Assembly (NCBI GenBank): GCA_001788015.1
Contig: MFZO01000044.1
Location: 1 to 62,393 of the forward strand
DNA length: 62,393 nucleotides
Source of the DNA: Candidatus Roizmanbacteria bacterium RIFCSPHIGHO2_02_FULL_38_11
GTDB lineage: Bacteria; Patescibacteriota; Microgenomatia; UBA1406; GWC2-37-13
Direction: 5' to 3'
Below the pieces are notes generated by a model. It was not told where the DNA came from and searched no databases. It was given only the letters and a program-made list of their open reading frames with translations. Of the stretch, positions 62,390 through 62,393 are shown in pieces (the stretch's first letter is position 1; every line of letters starts with the position of its first letter). Position numbers and translations under genes: made by a program.

Positions 62390-62393
62390 GTTT

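Noticed and set aside
1-62393. Alternative genetic code (UGA recoding as in some CPR lineages)
   Set aside because: Long conserved genes (metK, typA, valS, clpC-like) are uninterrupted under the standard code, and TGA is used as a genuine stop (for example the MFS gene at 8228-8230 and the 289-aa gene at 55240-55242).

Overview
AT-rich, gene-dense window of about 70 genes. Most start/stop junctions are tight or overlapping. The gene content points to a Candidate Phyla Radiation (Patescibacteria, Microgenomates-like) bacterium, but that taxonomy is inference only. Supporting signs are a stand-alone 5S rRNA gene, an archaeal-style mevalonate operon, an ATP-dependent DNA ligase, a YYY/DUF2298 membrane protein and several small two-helix pilin-like proteins. 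Housekeeping genes recognised by motif are metK, typA, uppS, valS, rpmH, yidC, jag, pyrH, recF, tRNA-Ser(CGA) and 5S rRNA. Accessory content includes two type II toxin-antitoxin pairs, a Fic protein, an ECF sigma factor, an AAA/DUF4143 ATPase, DUF2130, glycosyltransferases and transporters. Three observations stand out. (1) The locus at about 48.0-60.3 kb has no recognisable secretion or pilus ATPase. It holds a 1163-aa tail-anchored orphan, a secreted protein with four tandem six-cysteine repeats fused to a pilin-like C-terminus, a 558-aa polytopic membrane protein and a papain-fold-like secreted protein. It also holds a ClpC/ClpB-type double AAA+ protein with a ~300-aa four-repeat insertion inside NBD2 plus a C-terminal zinc ribbon. 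(2) A modular family of GTCAT...ATGAC hairpin elements, plus an AT-rich AAATCCG class, fills the intergenic gaps, including every spacer in the first half of the mevalonate operon. Copies also appear to sit in frame inside valS and the DNA ligase gene. (3) Several genes and the 5S rRNA share a promoter layout in which the -10 element lies exactly 6 nt from the ATG or the mature 5' end, which suggests leaderless transcripts. All product calls come from motif recognition by eye; no database search was run.
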